DNA of 64,000 nt from Octopus sinensis (taxonomy: Eukaryota), in contig NC_043004.1 in assembly GCF_006345805.1 (NCBI RefSeq), forward strand, positions 57,288,001 through 57,352,000, read 5' to 3'. Under the pieces are notes generated by a model that saw only the letters and a list, made by a program, of their open reading frames with translations, did no database searches and was not told where the DNA came from. Within the stretch, counting starts at the first letter, position 1; each line of letters opens with the position of its first letter. A program made the position numbers and the translations under genes. This document shows positions 13,481 to 26,110 of the stretch, piece by piece.

Positions 13481-13636
13481 GTGGAGTGAAATCAGCTGCC
13501 AAAGCACCACAATATATAATTTATATTCGAGTTAGTGTAGCAGACAAGAGAACCGAGAATTTAATTGCAGTGTTACAGCAATCGATAATTAGTTGAAGTG
13601 TCTCTTTGAATTGCAGGTGGTAGAGATATCTAGTCA

Positions 13637-13667
<31 letters not shown>

Positions 13668-14187
13668 TGTGTGTGTGCGTGTGTGTGTGTGTACACGCGT
13701 GTGTGTGTGTGTACACGCGTGTGGGTGTGTCTGAGCAACATAGTGTAGTTTTCAAGCGGGTACGGGTGTGTGTGTATGCGTGTGTGTGTGTGTTGGTGTG
13801 TATAGGATATGTGACATTTCTTATCTACACACGAAACGCAGAGTCGCAGAGTAATACATAGAAACACTTGAACAGAAACACTTAAACACACACGTGTACT
13901 CGCATTCAGCAATCTGCCGCGATCGATCTGACTAATTAAGAGATTCGATATCGTAAGAACATTAATGAAGTGAACAAAAAAGGGCGAGGTGTTGAAGTAG
14001 CGGCGGGGAATATATTTCTTGTCAATTGAATCTGACAGGATTTGCTTTTCACATAACGAGGTGTCAAGGAGTATATGCATAGCTTTTTCCAACAGTTCTT
14101 CACAGCCCCTTATCCAAATTAAATTTATCAACACGCACTACCATATACACGTGTACGTGCAAACATACATATTCTCACATTCACTCA

Positions 14188-14282
<95 letters not shown>

Positions 14283-14328
14283 GTATGTATGTTGTATGTA
14301 TGTATGTATGTATATAATACACACATAT

Positions 14329-14729
14329 ACTCTTTACTCTCTCTTTTACTCTTTTACTTGTTTCAGTCATTTGACTGCGGCCATGCTGGAGCACCGCCTT
14401 TAATCGAGCAACTCGACCCCGGGACGTATTCTTTTTTAAGCCCAGTACTTATTTTATCTGTCTCTTTTGCCGAACCGCTAAGTAACGGGGACATAAACAC
14501 ACCAGCATCGGTTGTCAAGCAATGCTAGGGGGACAAACACACACACGCACACATATTTATATACATATATACGACGGGCTTCTTTCAGTTTCCGTCTACC
14601 AAATCCACTCACAAGGCTTTGGTCGGCCCGAGGCTATAGTAGAAGACACTTGCCCATGGTGCCACGCAGCGGGACTGAACCCGGAACCATATGGTTGGTA
14701 GACAAGCTACTTACCACACAGCCACTCCT
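14329..14729 (-). mobile_element. SINE family A
   Basis: Matches other A copies; flanked by (AT)n. Confidence 0.92.
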
Positions 14730-14764
14730 ATATATATATATAATATATATATATATATATAATA

Positions 14765-14809
<45 letters not shown>

Positions 14810-14864
14810 ATATGTATTTGTATAGTTATATATATATATTATATGTATGTTTTATGTACGTATG

Positions 14865-14909
<45 letters not shown>

Positions 14910-14917
<8 letters not shown>

Positions 14918-15310
14918 AAGGGTGAAATTAATTAATTTGGAATAATTATCAATTACACCAAGTAGTCTTCGGCATGTAAAAGCCTCATCCGAGGAAAATT
15001 TAAGTAATACTAAGCAATAAAGGGTTTAGCAACGAATTGCCTTACCACATACCGAATATATATATATATATATATATATTATATTAAATTAGAGACAAAA
15101 CCACTATTAGGCAAATCAAACAATGAAAGACTTAAGCCAATACATATGATTAATTTATATTATTTAAATATGTAACAAAATTATTAAAAAATATAATTAA
15201 TACCCCACTACGATCGTTTCCTGCCTGCTGTCTTCAAATTTTTGAGTCGCAGTCATTCATCAGGTGGTTTAAATATTTTTCTTGGCGAGGTTTACACAAT
15301 GAACTCATTG
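14910..15310 (-). mobile_element. Penelope-like terminal-repeat remnant
   Basis: Contains the ATTAGAGACAAAACCACTATT family arm (also at 33200 and 52200) and a hammerhead motif at 15205-15267. PLE assignment is inferred from the hammerhead. Confidence 0.55.
15205..15267 (-). ncRNA. Type-I hammerhead ribozyme motif (minimal stem III)
   Basis: Minus: ccac-CTGATGA-atgactgc...gcaggcag-GAAA-cgatcg-TA-gtgg. Core intact, stem I ccac/gtgg, palindromic ACGATCGT stem III, GUA cleavage triplet; two mismatches in stem II. Confidence 0.7.
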
Positions 15311-15314
15311 TTTA

Positions 15315-15985
15315 AAGATCGCAGTGTACCGAGCCTGCGTGCTGAGCACCCTACTCTACGGCAGCGAGAGCTGGACAACATACACCCGGCAAGAATGCCG
15401 CCTCAGCGGCTTCCACATGCGGTGTCTTCGACGGATCCTTGGCATCTCCTGGAAGGACCGAATACCAAACGGAGTCATCCTAGAACAGACCAATATGCCA
15501 AGCATGCATGCCCTCCTCGTGCGGAGACGACTGCGCTAGCTCGGACACGTCTGCCGCATGCAGGACAGTCGCATGCCTAAAGACATCCTGTACAGCGAAC
15601 TCACCACGGGATCCCGACCCAAGGGACGTCCACAGCTACGATACAGGGATGTGTGCAAGCGCGACCTGAGGACTGCCAACATCTGTGTGGACACGTGGGA
15701 GTTAACAGCTGCTGACCGCTCTGCCTGGCGTCGGACAGTGAGGAAAGGCGGTTCCATGGCTGAGGAAAGGAGAGCACAGCTGTGGCCGGACAGGCGGGAC
15801 AGGAGGAGAACAACTGCAGCAACACCCCACACGTACCCATCGATGTTCGTGTGCAGCAACTGTACCAGGGACTGCCACTCTAGAATTGGACTGTTCAGTC
15901 ACAGCAGACGCTGCTCATCATCAATGTAGGCCCCACCCTTGGCGCGACCGATTGTCTATCAAGGCAGACGGGGGAAAAGAAGAAT
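15315..15985 (+). mobile_element. 5'-truncated RTE-clade LINE (ORF C-terminus plus 3' end)
   Basis: One frame 15315-15929: KIAVYRACVLSTLLYGSESW...CLRRILGISWKDRIPN...RRRLR*LGHVCRMQDSRMPKDILYSEL..GSRPKGRPQLRY.D...CSNCTRDCHSRIGLFSHSRRC. A single TGG>TAG stop; typical RTE C-terminal CCHC/C2H2-like zinc knuckle. Confidence 0.93.
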
Positions 15986-16206
15986 ATATATTCGTGTATT
16001 TACATATATATATATCTTTATATATACATGTATATATATATATGTGTGTGTATAGATATGTGTGTGTGTATGTATATGTGTGTGTGTATGTATATATTTA
16101 TACATATATGCATGTACATTGTGTATTGAGTGTATAAATGTGCATATAATGAACGTACATATATAAATATTTATACATATATGTTTATATATTCTGTGTC
16201 TGTGAT

Positions 16207-16278
<72 letters not shown>

Positions 16279-16475
16279 AAACATATATGCTAATTCTGGA
16301 TAATTAAAAATAATAATGGAAAATAATTAGGGAGAAACGTATTGGCGGGATTAAGTAATTTCTTTCCCTTTGTCGTTCAATCGAATTTATACAGCATTAG
16401 AGAGTGAGGGTGAATGTATGATGATTATTTGTGGGAGTTTTTAAAAAATAGGAGACTTGTTAATATTTGAGGAAT

Positions 16476-16518
<43 letters not shown>

Positions 16519-16565
16519 CCACCATCATCACAATCATCATCATCATCATAACCATTATCATCATC

Positions 16566-16845
16566 TACGGTGTCAGCTGTTCCCTACCAGTGGTCTAAAG
16601 TAACACACCTTATTTTTCGACCACCATCCGAAGTATTCGAGCGGTTCCAAGCAGTGCAGTTTTCTGCAGGTCCCTCACCTTTATTGCATACCATATTTAT
16701 TCCATGTACATCTCAAGATTTTTACCGATTGTTCTCAGTGCTCCGACAATATCTGGTACCACCTTTTTCAGTGCCACAACTATTTAACTTCTCACGCTAA
16801 CCCGTAATATCTGTAATTTGTTTCTTCTTTATCGCATACCTTGTT
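16566..16845 (-). mobile_element. R4/Dong LINE 3' end
   Basis: Minus: VVPDIVGALRTIGKNLE...DLQKTALLGTARILRMVVEK*; 3' UTR homologous to 42875-42960; bounded by (TAA)n and (GAT)n. Confidence 0.85.
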
Positions 16846-16846
16846 A

Positions 16847-16906
<60 letters not shown>

Positions 16907-16987
16907 CATTATTGTTATTATTATTATCCTTATTATTATTATTATCCTTACTATTATTATTTTTATTATTATTATTATTATTATTAC

Positions 16988-17510
16988 TGACTGAGAGGGC
17001 AGTGTATGCCATCAAAGTGGCGCTGGGGTAAAATATACGAGGCCCAGTATACCCATCATGACTACTCGTCTGATAAAGTTATACCAGGCACATGCATCAC
17101 AATCATGTAACTTGGTGATCTCACATCAATATAAAAAGCGCATGACCTTGCAGGTGGGGCCCAGTTAGGTTTTTTCTTCTGGTTGAGTAGCCCATCCCAC
17201 TGAAAAGATCCCTGAATAAGAATTGTTTAAGGATGGTGAACAAACCACCCATGTTTCCAAAGGCAAATAATCCAAACTCTAAGAATTCCTTTCATCACAC
17301 GGCTATGATACTTCCCCTCTACTTCTGCTTGTGGTAGGAGATGCACATATCGTCAGCCACTAAGTGACATGATCTACTGGTTAAGGTCGAACAACTGACA
17401 AGCAAATCTATGTTATTGAGCAGAATATTTTCTGTAGCCCATCTTTTATACCAAGACAAAATAATGTACACGATAACACTTCTAATCAGTTAAGATCAGA
17501 AGCCATGAGA
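16988..17510 (-). mobile_element. Interspersed repeat family F (non-coding, ends in (TAA)n on the minus strand)
   Basis: About 360 bp homologous to 42423-42788; no ORF; embedded in (TAA)n tracts. Strand is inferred from the tail. Confidence 0.8.
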
Positions 17511-17534
17511 TTATATCGGTATTATTATTATTGA

Positions 17535-17830
17535 AGCGGTGACTCGCCAAAGTGGTTAGCACGCTGGGCAAAATACTTAGCAGCATTTCGACTGTCTTCG
17601 CACTCTGAATTCAAATTCGTGAAGTTGAATTTGCCTTTCGGAGTCGATAAAATATACTCCAGCTGAATACTGGAGTCGATGTAATTGTTTTAACCAGTCC
17701 GAAATCGTTTGGCTTGTGCAAAAATTTGAAATAATTACTTTTCCACCACCACCATCATCATTTTTATCACCCTTCACGCAACAGAGTGGCAGAATCGTTA
17801 GCACACCGGACGAAATACTTAGTGGTATAG
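17535..17830 (+). mobile_element. Degenerate SINE family B copy plus a head fragment
   Basis: GCGGTGACTCGCC...GTTAGCACGCTGGGC at 17535; GGCAGAATCGTTAGCACACCGG at about 17788. Confidence 0.7.
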
Positions 17831-19189
17831 TCTGTCGGGAACGATAAACTGATATTTTGTTTTAAGAAATGTCATCCTTGTTTCTTATGTCTTCGATTGT
17901 TTAATAAAATATTCTACAATACCGCCTGGTACTCGTGCACCACAGAAATACATGTGTTTGTATTTTTTGAGTGTTGAAGAATACAAATGTCTCATGTCAG
18001 TGAGTTGTATCAATAAGATTTAATAATGGGTTTCGCTTTATCTCTGCTGTATTATTATTTCATCTTCCGTGGATAGCGTGTGTGTGTGTGTGTCACTCAA
18101 GTTTTGATATTTCATTGAGTACTATTTTCCAGGAATATATCCTACATGAATTGTCTTATATTTTATCATGTACCCATTGTGTAAGCCATGCATTTATCTA
18201 TTTATGAAGCTATTCTATTCAATCGATATTGTCTTAAGAAAGATGTAGATTGTTTTTGCTTCTTGCAGCAGAGATATTTTTTGGACAGCGTGTAGTATTT
18301 AGTGCCATGATAGATATTTTCTTAGTATTTATTATCTTCCATAATGCTCCAATTAATTCTGGACAGTTTTCATGTTCATACTCCTGTATATACAGCTTGT
18401 ATATCAGTATTTAAAAAAATAATGTATTTTGACAGCTTTTCCTCTTCTTTCCTACAATATTTTGGTAAGAAGATGTAATAGACTTTACTGTGCTTGCGTT
18501 TTTTTTTTTCCTGCAATTGATTTCTATGTTTGGATCGGTCATTCTTCATCACTTTTGTTCCATTTGCACAGCATATTCCAGAAGGTCTTTATAAAGTACC
18601 ATCTTTTTTATGTCTCTTGTCTACTTTCACGACAGGCTAGTGACATGTGATCCGGCATGGCCACAGCCTCTAGCTGGAACAAATCCATGTAAAGTGAATG
18701 TAGCAGCCATCTCGATTGCATCTGGTCTGTGCATATTCTCCCCCTTCTCCTCTCTCTATTTCTTCTTCATCTTCTACTTCTTCCTCTTCTTCTTCTTACT
18801 ATCATCATCACCATCATCCAAAATTTCAAGATACGTCGGCTTACTCCGCGACTTCTTTCAAGCGATGCTCTTTCATGATATTCAATAAGTGTATCGTACT
18901 CATCCTTCGTCCACTTATGTCTGTTTTTGCACACACCACACACCGTGTATGTGATCTATTGTGACATAACGACCGTCCGAGGCCAGATCACTGCTCCTGA
19001 TGCGGGGCGGTTTCGGACGTGCCGGGTAGGAAACCTTCACCACAATCGGCCATAGCTTCATCCTCGCCGTTAATTCTTTCTTTGCAGTTTTGCATCATGA
19101 TTTCATGAGTCATTTTGTGGGGTTCCCACGAGAGTTATTATTGAGATCCTGTCTCTCACTTTCTCTCTTTATTTGTATATACACGTGCA

Positions 19190-19190
<1 letters not shown>
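17830..19190 (-). mobile_element. Heavily deleted R4/Dong LINE (N-terminal and post-RT pieces)
   Basis: Minus pieces MMQNCKERINGEDEAMADCGEGFLPG, RHKWTKDEYDTLIEY (cf. RKKWT.E.Y.E) and INWSIME (cf. INWT..EL). Very degenerate. Confidence 0.55.
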
Positions 19191-19235
<45 letters not shown>

Positions 19236-19239
19236 GGTT

Positions 19240-19790
19240 TATTTTCATTATAACTTTATTTCAGCTGCCTTAGTACCGGGTATCCTTCAGAGGCCAAGAA
19301 TAGCAAGGGCACTTTTGTTTTGCTCTGCATGCTAAAATTATCACCTCATTTATTTCATTTTACACGAAGAGCGCTTTCTGTAGTATATGGACTGTAATCA
19401 TCAGGTTTATCATTTGCAGTTCAAGGAGATTGAAATCATCAGGGAGTTGCTTAATATACTTCCCAGCACCGTTCTTTATTATTCCCAATGCACCAATTAT
19501 TACTGGTGCTATCATAGTACTAAACTTCCACATTTTTGCAGATATTTATAGCGAGAAAGCTTTACGTATTCCTTTCTTGAGACATTTTAATCTTGTTGGA
19601 CAGAGATACCTATAAGCAGACAAGTTTCTCTGTTGTAGCCCTTGATCACGATGTCTGATGGACTGGACTTAATTTTTTCTGCCTGTTTGTATTGGGAAGT
19701 TCCAAAGGAAGGTGATGTCCTCGCCAATTACTAAATCCGCTGTATGGTACCTGTACCACTTATCATAGGATATAATTTTGTAGTATTTAC
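19240..19790 (-). mobile_element. R4/Dong LINE 3' end with RLE endonuclease region
   Basis: Minus: KWYRYH...DITFLWNFPIQT... then KMWKFSTMIAPVIIGALGIIKNG...LQKALFV*; (TAA)n on both sides. Confidence 0.87.
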
Positions 19791-19793
19791 AAG

Positions 19794-19853
<60 letters not shown>

Positions 19854-19856
<3 letters not shown>

Positions 19857-20822
19857 TAGCGGGACCCGTGAATATTTCCCGAAATCAATAGTAAACCTAT
19901 TGGGTTATTCCTGAAAACTTAATCCAAAAATCCTGAAAAGCGTAGCCTGTGTTGTGTCTATATCAAAAGATAGCTCAACTGTTACCCAGTAAAAAGTGAA
20001 GGAAATTAGAATACGATGATTACTTAACGCACTCCATATATTACTTTATATACTTTACTAGCAGTATCGCCCGGCGTTGCTTGGGTTTGTTTCGAGCCTT
20101 TAGAATTGGAATTTTTGAAAAGTAAAAATTTTGCATTATGTAGCTTGTTATTCTCTTTAATTGAACATTTTCTGGTTGAAATACACCGAAAAACGGCGAC
20201 ACAGCAGTCAAAAAATCGTTAAAAAATAGGGATTTTCATAGAAAAAAAAGCACCTTTTTGATATAAATAATTTTTGGTGTTAACATGGTCCGATTGGAAT
20301 TTTTTCTTCTACGGAAGCCTTCTTCTATCATACTCTCAATTTTGGTCAACTCGCGCCGCAGGGTCTCGGAGGAGATGGTGTTAGTTGAAGGCCACCAAAC
20401 CTGCCATATACAGACAACTTCAGTTTTATATATATATACTAGCAGTATCGCCCGGCGTTGCTCAGGTTTGTAAGGGAAATAACTATAAAGCATTTTTAGA
20501 GAGTTATAGCCAAAAAATAGCAAAAAAATGGAAAAAAATTATGGTAATTTTTTTTTTTAGTTAAAAAAGGTGGAGTTGCGTCCCCATGACAGTTTGCGGT
20601 TTGTGTTTCTGATTCTCGACCCCATGTCGAATTTATCGATTTTTTTCAGAACTGGGGGAACTTTTCAAAATTTTCGCTGCGTTAGTTTTGAATTATGACA
20701 TTGGGCTATGTGTGTGTCAAGTTTCATCAGAATCGGTTGAGAGCCGTGGTCAGGGTGAGGGTACAAGCAAACAGACACACAGAAACACGCACAGACAAAC
20801 TGCCGTTTATATAGAGAGAGAT
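19854..20822 (+). mobile_element. Tandem Helitron/Helentron-like non-autonomous units
   Basis: Three starts TACTAGC at 19854, 20056 and 20437 (the latter two are TACTAGCAGTATCGCCCGGCGTTGCT); 3' ends ACAGACAAC..TTTATATA and ACAGACAAACTGCCGTTTATATAGAGAGAGAT, the pattern of DINE-1/HINE-like elements. Confidence 0.65.
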
Positions 20823-21559
20823 GCACAATTTTATATACTTTATGTACAACACTCACGGAATAAATATTCGCTCTTATTTTTCCGTTTTTCACATAAACAG
20901 AACAAAAATGACGTTTTAAAATTTACATGGTTGCAATTTAATACTAGGAAAACAAATATTTTATAGTAAAAAAAATATATTTTATGTAAAATATAGGGGT
21001 CAAAATTTCACAGGGGTATAAATTTAATACCACATGCTATACTCTGAAAACGACATCATTGGTAACATTATAAGTCAACGCGATAGGTCACAGCCAAAAA
21101 GCATTTCAATTTTTAGGTGATTTAAACAATTTAGTTCAATTAAAATTAAAAATTTACTGTTCACTATCACTCACCATCGCTACCTCGACCGTCACAACCA
21201 GCACCATCATTTCTTTCTCTATCATCTCTCTCTTCCTCTCTTTCTCTGTCTATGTCTGTCTGTCTGTCTCTCTCTCTCTCTATCTCTCTCTCTGCCTTTC
21301 TTTAATCTCAACATCAGAACGTCACTCCTCTGCTAAAATTACATTCCTAACTTTCTTCTATATCACTAACTTCAAATAACTTTTTTTTAACCACGTAATA
21401 AATATTACGTTCCCCCTACCTCCTGTCATGGACGCTTCTCTCTCTGTCTTTTCTCTCACACTCCACTATTTCTCTCTCTCCCTCATTTTCTCTAATATCT
21501 TGAAAGCGTCATCGACGGGCTAGGTAACGACAAGCACAATAATTATAAGATAATTTTGA

Positions 21560-21905
21560 TGAAAACTCTGTCTACAAACAGCAGATTAAGGTGACACATT
21601 TTTATTGATCATACTTCAAAACACTGCCGAGAACTCTTGTAATCCCAAGCAATAATGACTTTGTAGGTGTTTTATCTTTATATTTGTACCTGTCTGTTTC
21701 AGTCACTTTGCTAGATGAGTGCTGGTACTTCTAAGCGCGCCAATTACTATTGATATCATGACCACTCTCTTCATTGCCCACAACCTGCGTATTTCGCAGT
21801 TCGTTTTGTTGTTTATTTTTACTTCTCTTCTCTCTTCTCTCTTCACTCTTGTCACCGAGATATGCTATGTCGACTATCGTGCGTGTTATTTTCTTTTTAC
21901 TTTGT
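21560..21905 (-). mobile_element. R4/Dong LINE 3' end, degenerate
   Basis: Minus: IVDIAYLGD...EIRRLWAMKRVVMISIVIGALRS...HLQKSLLLGITRVL. Confidence 0.8.
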
Positions 21906-21906
21906 T

Positions 21907-22016
21907 TCTTCTTCTTCTTCTTCTTCTTCTTCTTCTTCTTCTTCTTCTTCTTCTTCTTCTTCTTCTTCTTCTTCTTCTTCTTCTTCTTCTTCTTCTTCTT
22001 CTTCTTCTTCTTCTTC
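21907..22016. repeat. (CTT)n microsatellite, roughly 36 units
   Basis: Direct reading. Confidence 0.97.
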
Positions 22017-22043
22017 TCTCATCATCATCATTATCATTACTAA

Positions 22044-22253
22044 GGCGGTGAGCTAGCAGAAAGGTTAGCACGATGGGCAAAATGCTAAGAGCTATTTCAT
22101 CCATGTTCTAAATTTAAATTCCACCGAGGTCGACTTTGCCTTTCATCCATTCGGGATCGATAAATTTATTACTAATGAAAGACTGGGGTCAATGTAATCG
22201 ACTAGTCCCCTCCCCTAAATTTCAGCCATTGCACCTTCAGTGTAATGGATCAC

Positions 22254-22305
<52 letters not shown>

Positions 22306-22490
22306 GTTGTTGTTGTTGTTGTTGTTGTTATCACTCTTATTATTATTAAGGCGACAAACTGGTAAAATGGATAGAGAGTCGATCAAAATGTCTACCGATG
22401 TTAATTCCGACCATTACTATCTGGGTTCAAATCCGGCCGAGGTCGACTTTGCCATTCATATTTTCGGGTTCGATATATAAAAGTATAAAT
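22044..22490 (+). mobile_element. Two family B SINEs separated by (ATT)n(GTT)n
   Basis: B heads at 22044 and about 22350. Confidence 0.78.
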
Positions 22491-23119
22491 CAAATAATAG
22501 ACATGATGAAATCAATGTCTTCCTCCCTTCAAACTTGCTCAAAATCCGTTTAAATGATTTAGTTCGCATCCCATCGTTCAATAGCAAACAATTTTACAAG
22601 GATATGTTTATTAATGAAATGCTCGTCAATTGCCGACTGCGGCTGTGAATAATTACATTGCTGTCGGAAATAATTTTCTGCATATTACTGCACTTAAGGT
22701 AACTCAATATTTAGAATCAAATGTTATTTGCTTGGAGAGAGCTTATTATCATTCACGACTGCACTGATACAAATGCATGCCATTCATTAATAGTTCTAAC
22801 GTAAGGTTCTTTATGTATGGTGCACATGCTCACCATCACACACACACACGCATACACACATACAAACTCTCACATATACTGAATATATGCATGTATGAAT
22901 ATATGTGTGCATATTCGTCTATAAATATATGAATTTTTATATGCACATAAGTATACATATCTTTTACCATTTATTTGTTCTAGGCATCGGACTGCAGTTG
23001 CTCTGCGGCATCACCTTGAACAATTTTAGTCGAAAAAATCGGCACCAGCACTTATTTTTGAATCTTGGTACCAAGCACACTCACATGCACAAACACATGT
23101 TTGTATGTTTCTTTGTTTG

Positions 23120-23900
23120 TTTGTGTGTGTGTGATCCTGTTTGAAGCTGATCCTGTTTGAAGATATCTTCCACGTCTGCATTATGGAAGGTTAGACTGGA
23201 TAGATTTTGGGTATTTTGCATAGGCTGCATGTCGGCAGATTTCTTTGGATCATACATGATCAGCTTTATTATACTGAGATCTGAGACTAGCGTCGTTGGA
23301 AGTTTCGCACCATTGATCAGTAACATATTGTTTGTGAAGCAGAGGTGAAGAATATTGTTTTCCCTGGTGGGAAGACTACGTGTTTATAGGATTGAATATG
23401 CATTCCAAATGTCTGTTTACACCACGTCATTCTTGAAAGGGGAAGATCCTCAGACCACCCTACGTTAGGCAGGTTGAGTCTCACTGAGATGTACACTGAC
23501 GCGTTGTTCTAAATTGGCATTAAGTTCCATTTTTGCAATGCAGTCTTCAAAACATTCAATGGGATTTGGAGAATCTAATGGGTTATAAAGGGTACACATA
23601 ACTATATCGAGTTGTCCTTTATGTACAATTACTATGTCACACACCGAGTTCCTGTATAACAAAAAAGACACGAGGTGTGAGGTCTTCACGGGTGTACAGT
23701 GAAATTCCACTGTGATCTCTGTCTTCTTTGTCGGTTCACTTTGGTTCCTGTATTTCTGCATCTTCCATATGGGGTTTTAAATACGTTTCGGGAAGTGGTA
23801 TGCATAAAGCTCTTTTGCATGCATCGTAGAAAATTCCGGTTCTGTTATTCTAATATTTAGTGAGAGAATCATTCAGACATTTCTGCTGATGTCAGTGATG
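23120..23900 (-). mobile_element. Degenerate CR1/L2-group LINE ORF2 fragment (APE endonuclease)
   Basis: Minus: PETYLKPHMEDAEIQ (cf. ETWL.P.I.DAEI) and IVIVHKGQLDIVMCTLYNPLDSP (cf. IICT.YRPP); frameshifts present. Confidence 0.65.
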
Positions 23901-25884
23901 ACCATACCAGATCCAGCGAGTGTGTAGTTCTTCTATATGGTGGTGGACACACACACAAATTCACACATACATGTAGGTATGTATGTATGTATGTACGTAT
24001 GTATGTATGTATGTACGTATGCATGTATGTATGTATGTATGTATGAATGTATGTATCTATGAATGTATGTATCTATGAATGCATGTATGTATTATGTATT
24101 TATTGTACATGAAATAAAGGAAAACGTAGCGCAGATTAGCTGTGAAAATAGAAGATTGTGTGTGCATGTGTGTGTGCTTGTGTTCGCGCGTGCGTTGTTT
24201 CAAAGAATACTTATAAAGTAAACAAAGATTTGGCATATCAGTTGTTTCATTATTTTGGGTTATATGTGTCGGTGTGTATGTGTGTGTGCGCGTGCGGGTT
24301 TGTGTGTGTATGTGAATGTGCAAACAAACATTTTTTCTTTCAGAGCTGATCCAGTAAAGTTGGTGCTATCAATAAGCCAATACTAGAAAACCATTGGCAC
24401 ACCATTGATTTGTTTTTGTTCGCTGCAAGTAATAGTGTAAACGCTTGCAGCTCTATCAACACATCTCACATCTTACCTACTTATCTTCTTCCTTTCACTA
24501 AAATAACGATGAATGACATAGCTTACTCAACACTCAAGTCTGAAGCGTTTACCTTGTCAATTGACCTGCTAGAAATAGCAACTAATCTCATTTAAATCAC
24601 AAGTTCTTTTTTTTTAATATACGAACATGATATGTTATACAATGAAGTTATACATGCTACAAACAGGTAGTTAGTATCGGTTTCTCTATGTTCATAATGT
24701 TTGTTTAACATGGTTCATCTGAATTTTCCCAACAACAGTAATAATTACAAGAACAATAGCTACAAGAAATATGATACCTAATTCATTGGCATGAAATGGT
24801 CGGTTCTGCATTTACTTTCCTCATTATTTTTTCATCAACTAATACAAAAGAAGTGTTCTTCAAAATTGGCTGGCCTCGTACCAGTTCCACCCCACCGACG
24901 GCACCGAGCTTATATCTACAATCTTAACTCTTATTATAGCCACATCCTTCCCCGTCCCTAGAAGTCAAACGAACTCTTAAATAGCCCTTATACAGAATTA
25001 CCTTCTTGCACATGTCTTAACAAATTTATTGTTTCATTTGTTGTTTCATTAGAAATTTTAACGGATTTATTCACATTACAAGTTCCCTAGCAAAAGCAAT
25101 GGATGCAACACCAGCTTCAAGGTGAAACTAACAACATATACAAAATTTGAAAACACATCAAATCACTTTGTTAACAGATAATTTGGACCCAGTTTTCGTC
25201 TTACAAGATTCTAGACAACCAATTCGCTGTCATCTATAAAAATATGTGAAATAAACCACTCTATATGTAATATAATAGGAGGATCACGAAAATATGCTAT
25301 AAAGCAGTAACACCAGAATAAACTGATATTTTTATTTAGCAAATAGTAATAGAAATAAACTCAAGTATGGAATACTGTTTTTTTTAAATGGTCCAGCATT
25401 TCGAAAATGTCATTTGATGGCAGAACATTTAGGAATAAATATTACTCTCAGTGTAGAAAATGCAATAAATTTGTATGGTTAAAGGAAAATTTTGATTAAT
25501 TCCCAGTCAACCCCTTCGCGTTGATTTCCTTTCACTGGCGTTAGATTAGAATCCTCACCTTTCTTTCTCTTCTGAGACACAATGTACTTAGGACCAAAAC
25601 TGTTCAGTATGTTCTTGCCATAAGTGCTAGGGGGATTTTGTTTCAAGGTTTCTGACAGTTCATCACATTACATTCGTTAGTCGGATGGCTTTCCGTCGAA
25701 GAAAAGTGTCTTCACTGATATAAGTGGAATTGTAATTATGGGGAAACTTCAAGTCATATATATCCGCTAGTTCATTATATTTCAGATTACACACGCAAAT
25801 ACATACACAGACACACGCATATCCACAGATGCTCACGTGCACTAACCTCTATAACTAAATTATGTATGTTTATTATTGAATGTA

Positions 25885-26110
25885 AGTGTGGTTCGGATAT
25901 TTGTTTGCTGACCACGCGTTTTGGGTTCAGCCTCAATGCGCGGTAACTTGGTCAAGATCTTATAAGTGAATTTCGTGGAGGAAATCTATCTGTATGTCTT
26001 CGTATTTGTCTTGTATATATTTGTTCCTATAAGTCCCTATAACATTGCGTTTCAACAAACGAGATGATAGCAAATGTATCGAGCTTCAAATATAGTACTG
26101 CTGTCAATAC
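25885..26110 (+). mobile_element. Highly degenerate family A-like SINE
   Basis: TGTGGTT...GACCACGCG..GGGTTCAG...ACTTGGTCAAG pattern. Confidence 0.45.

Noticed and set aside
14960-14996. Hammerhead-like CGGATGA-ggc..gcc-GAAG on the minus strand
   Set aside because: Two core substitutions and no stem I or III complement; not counted.
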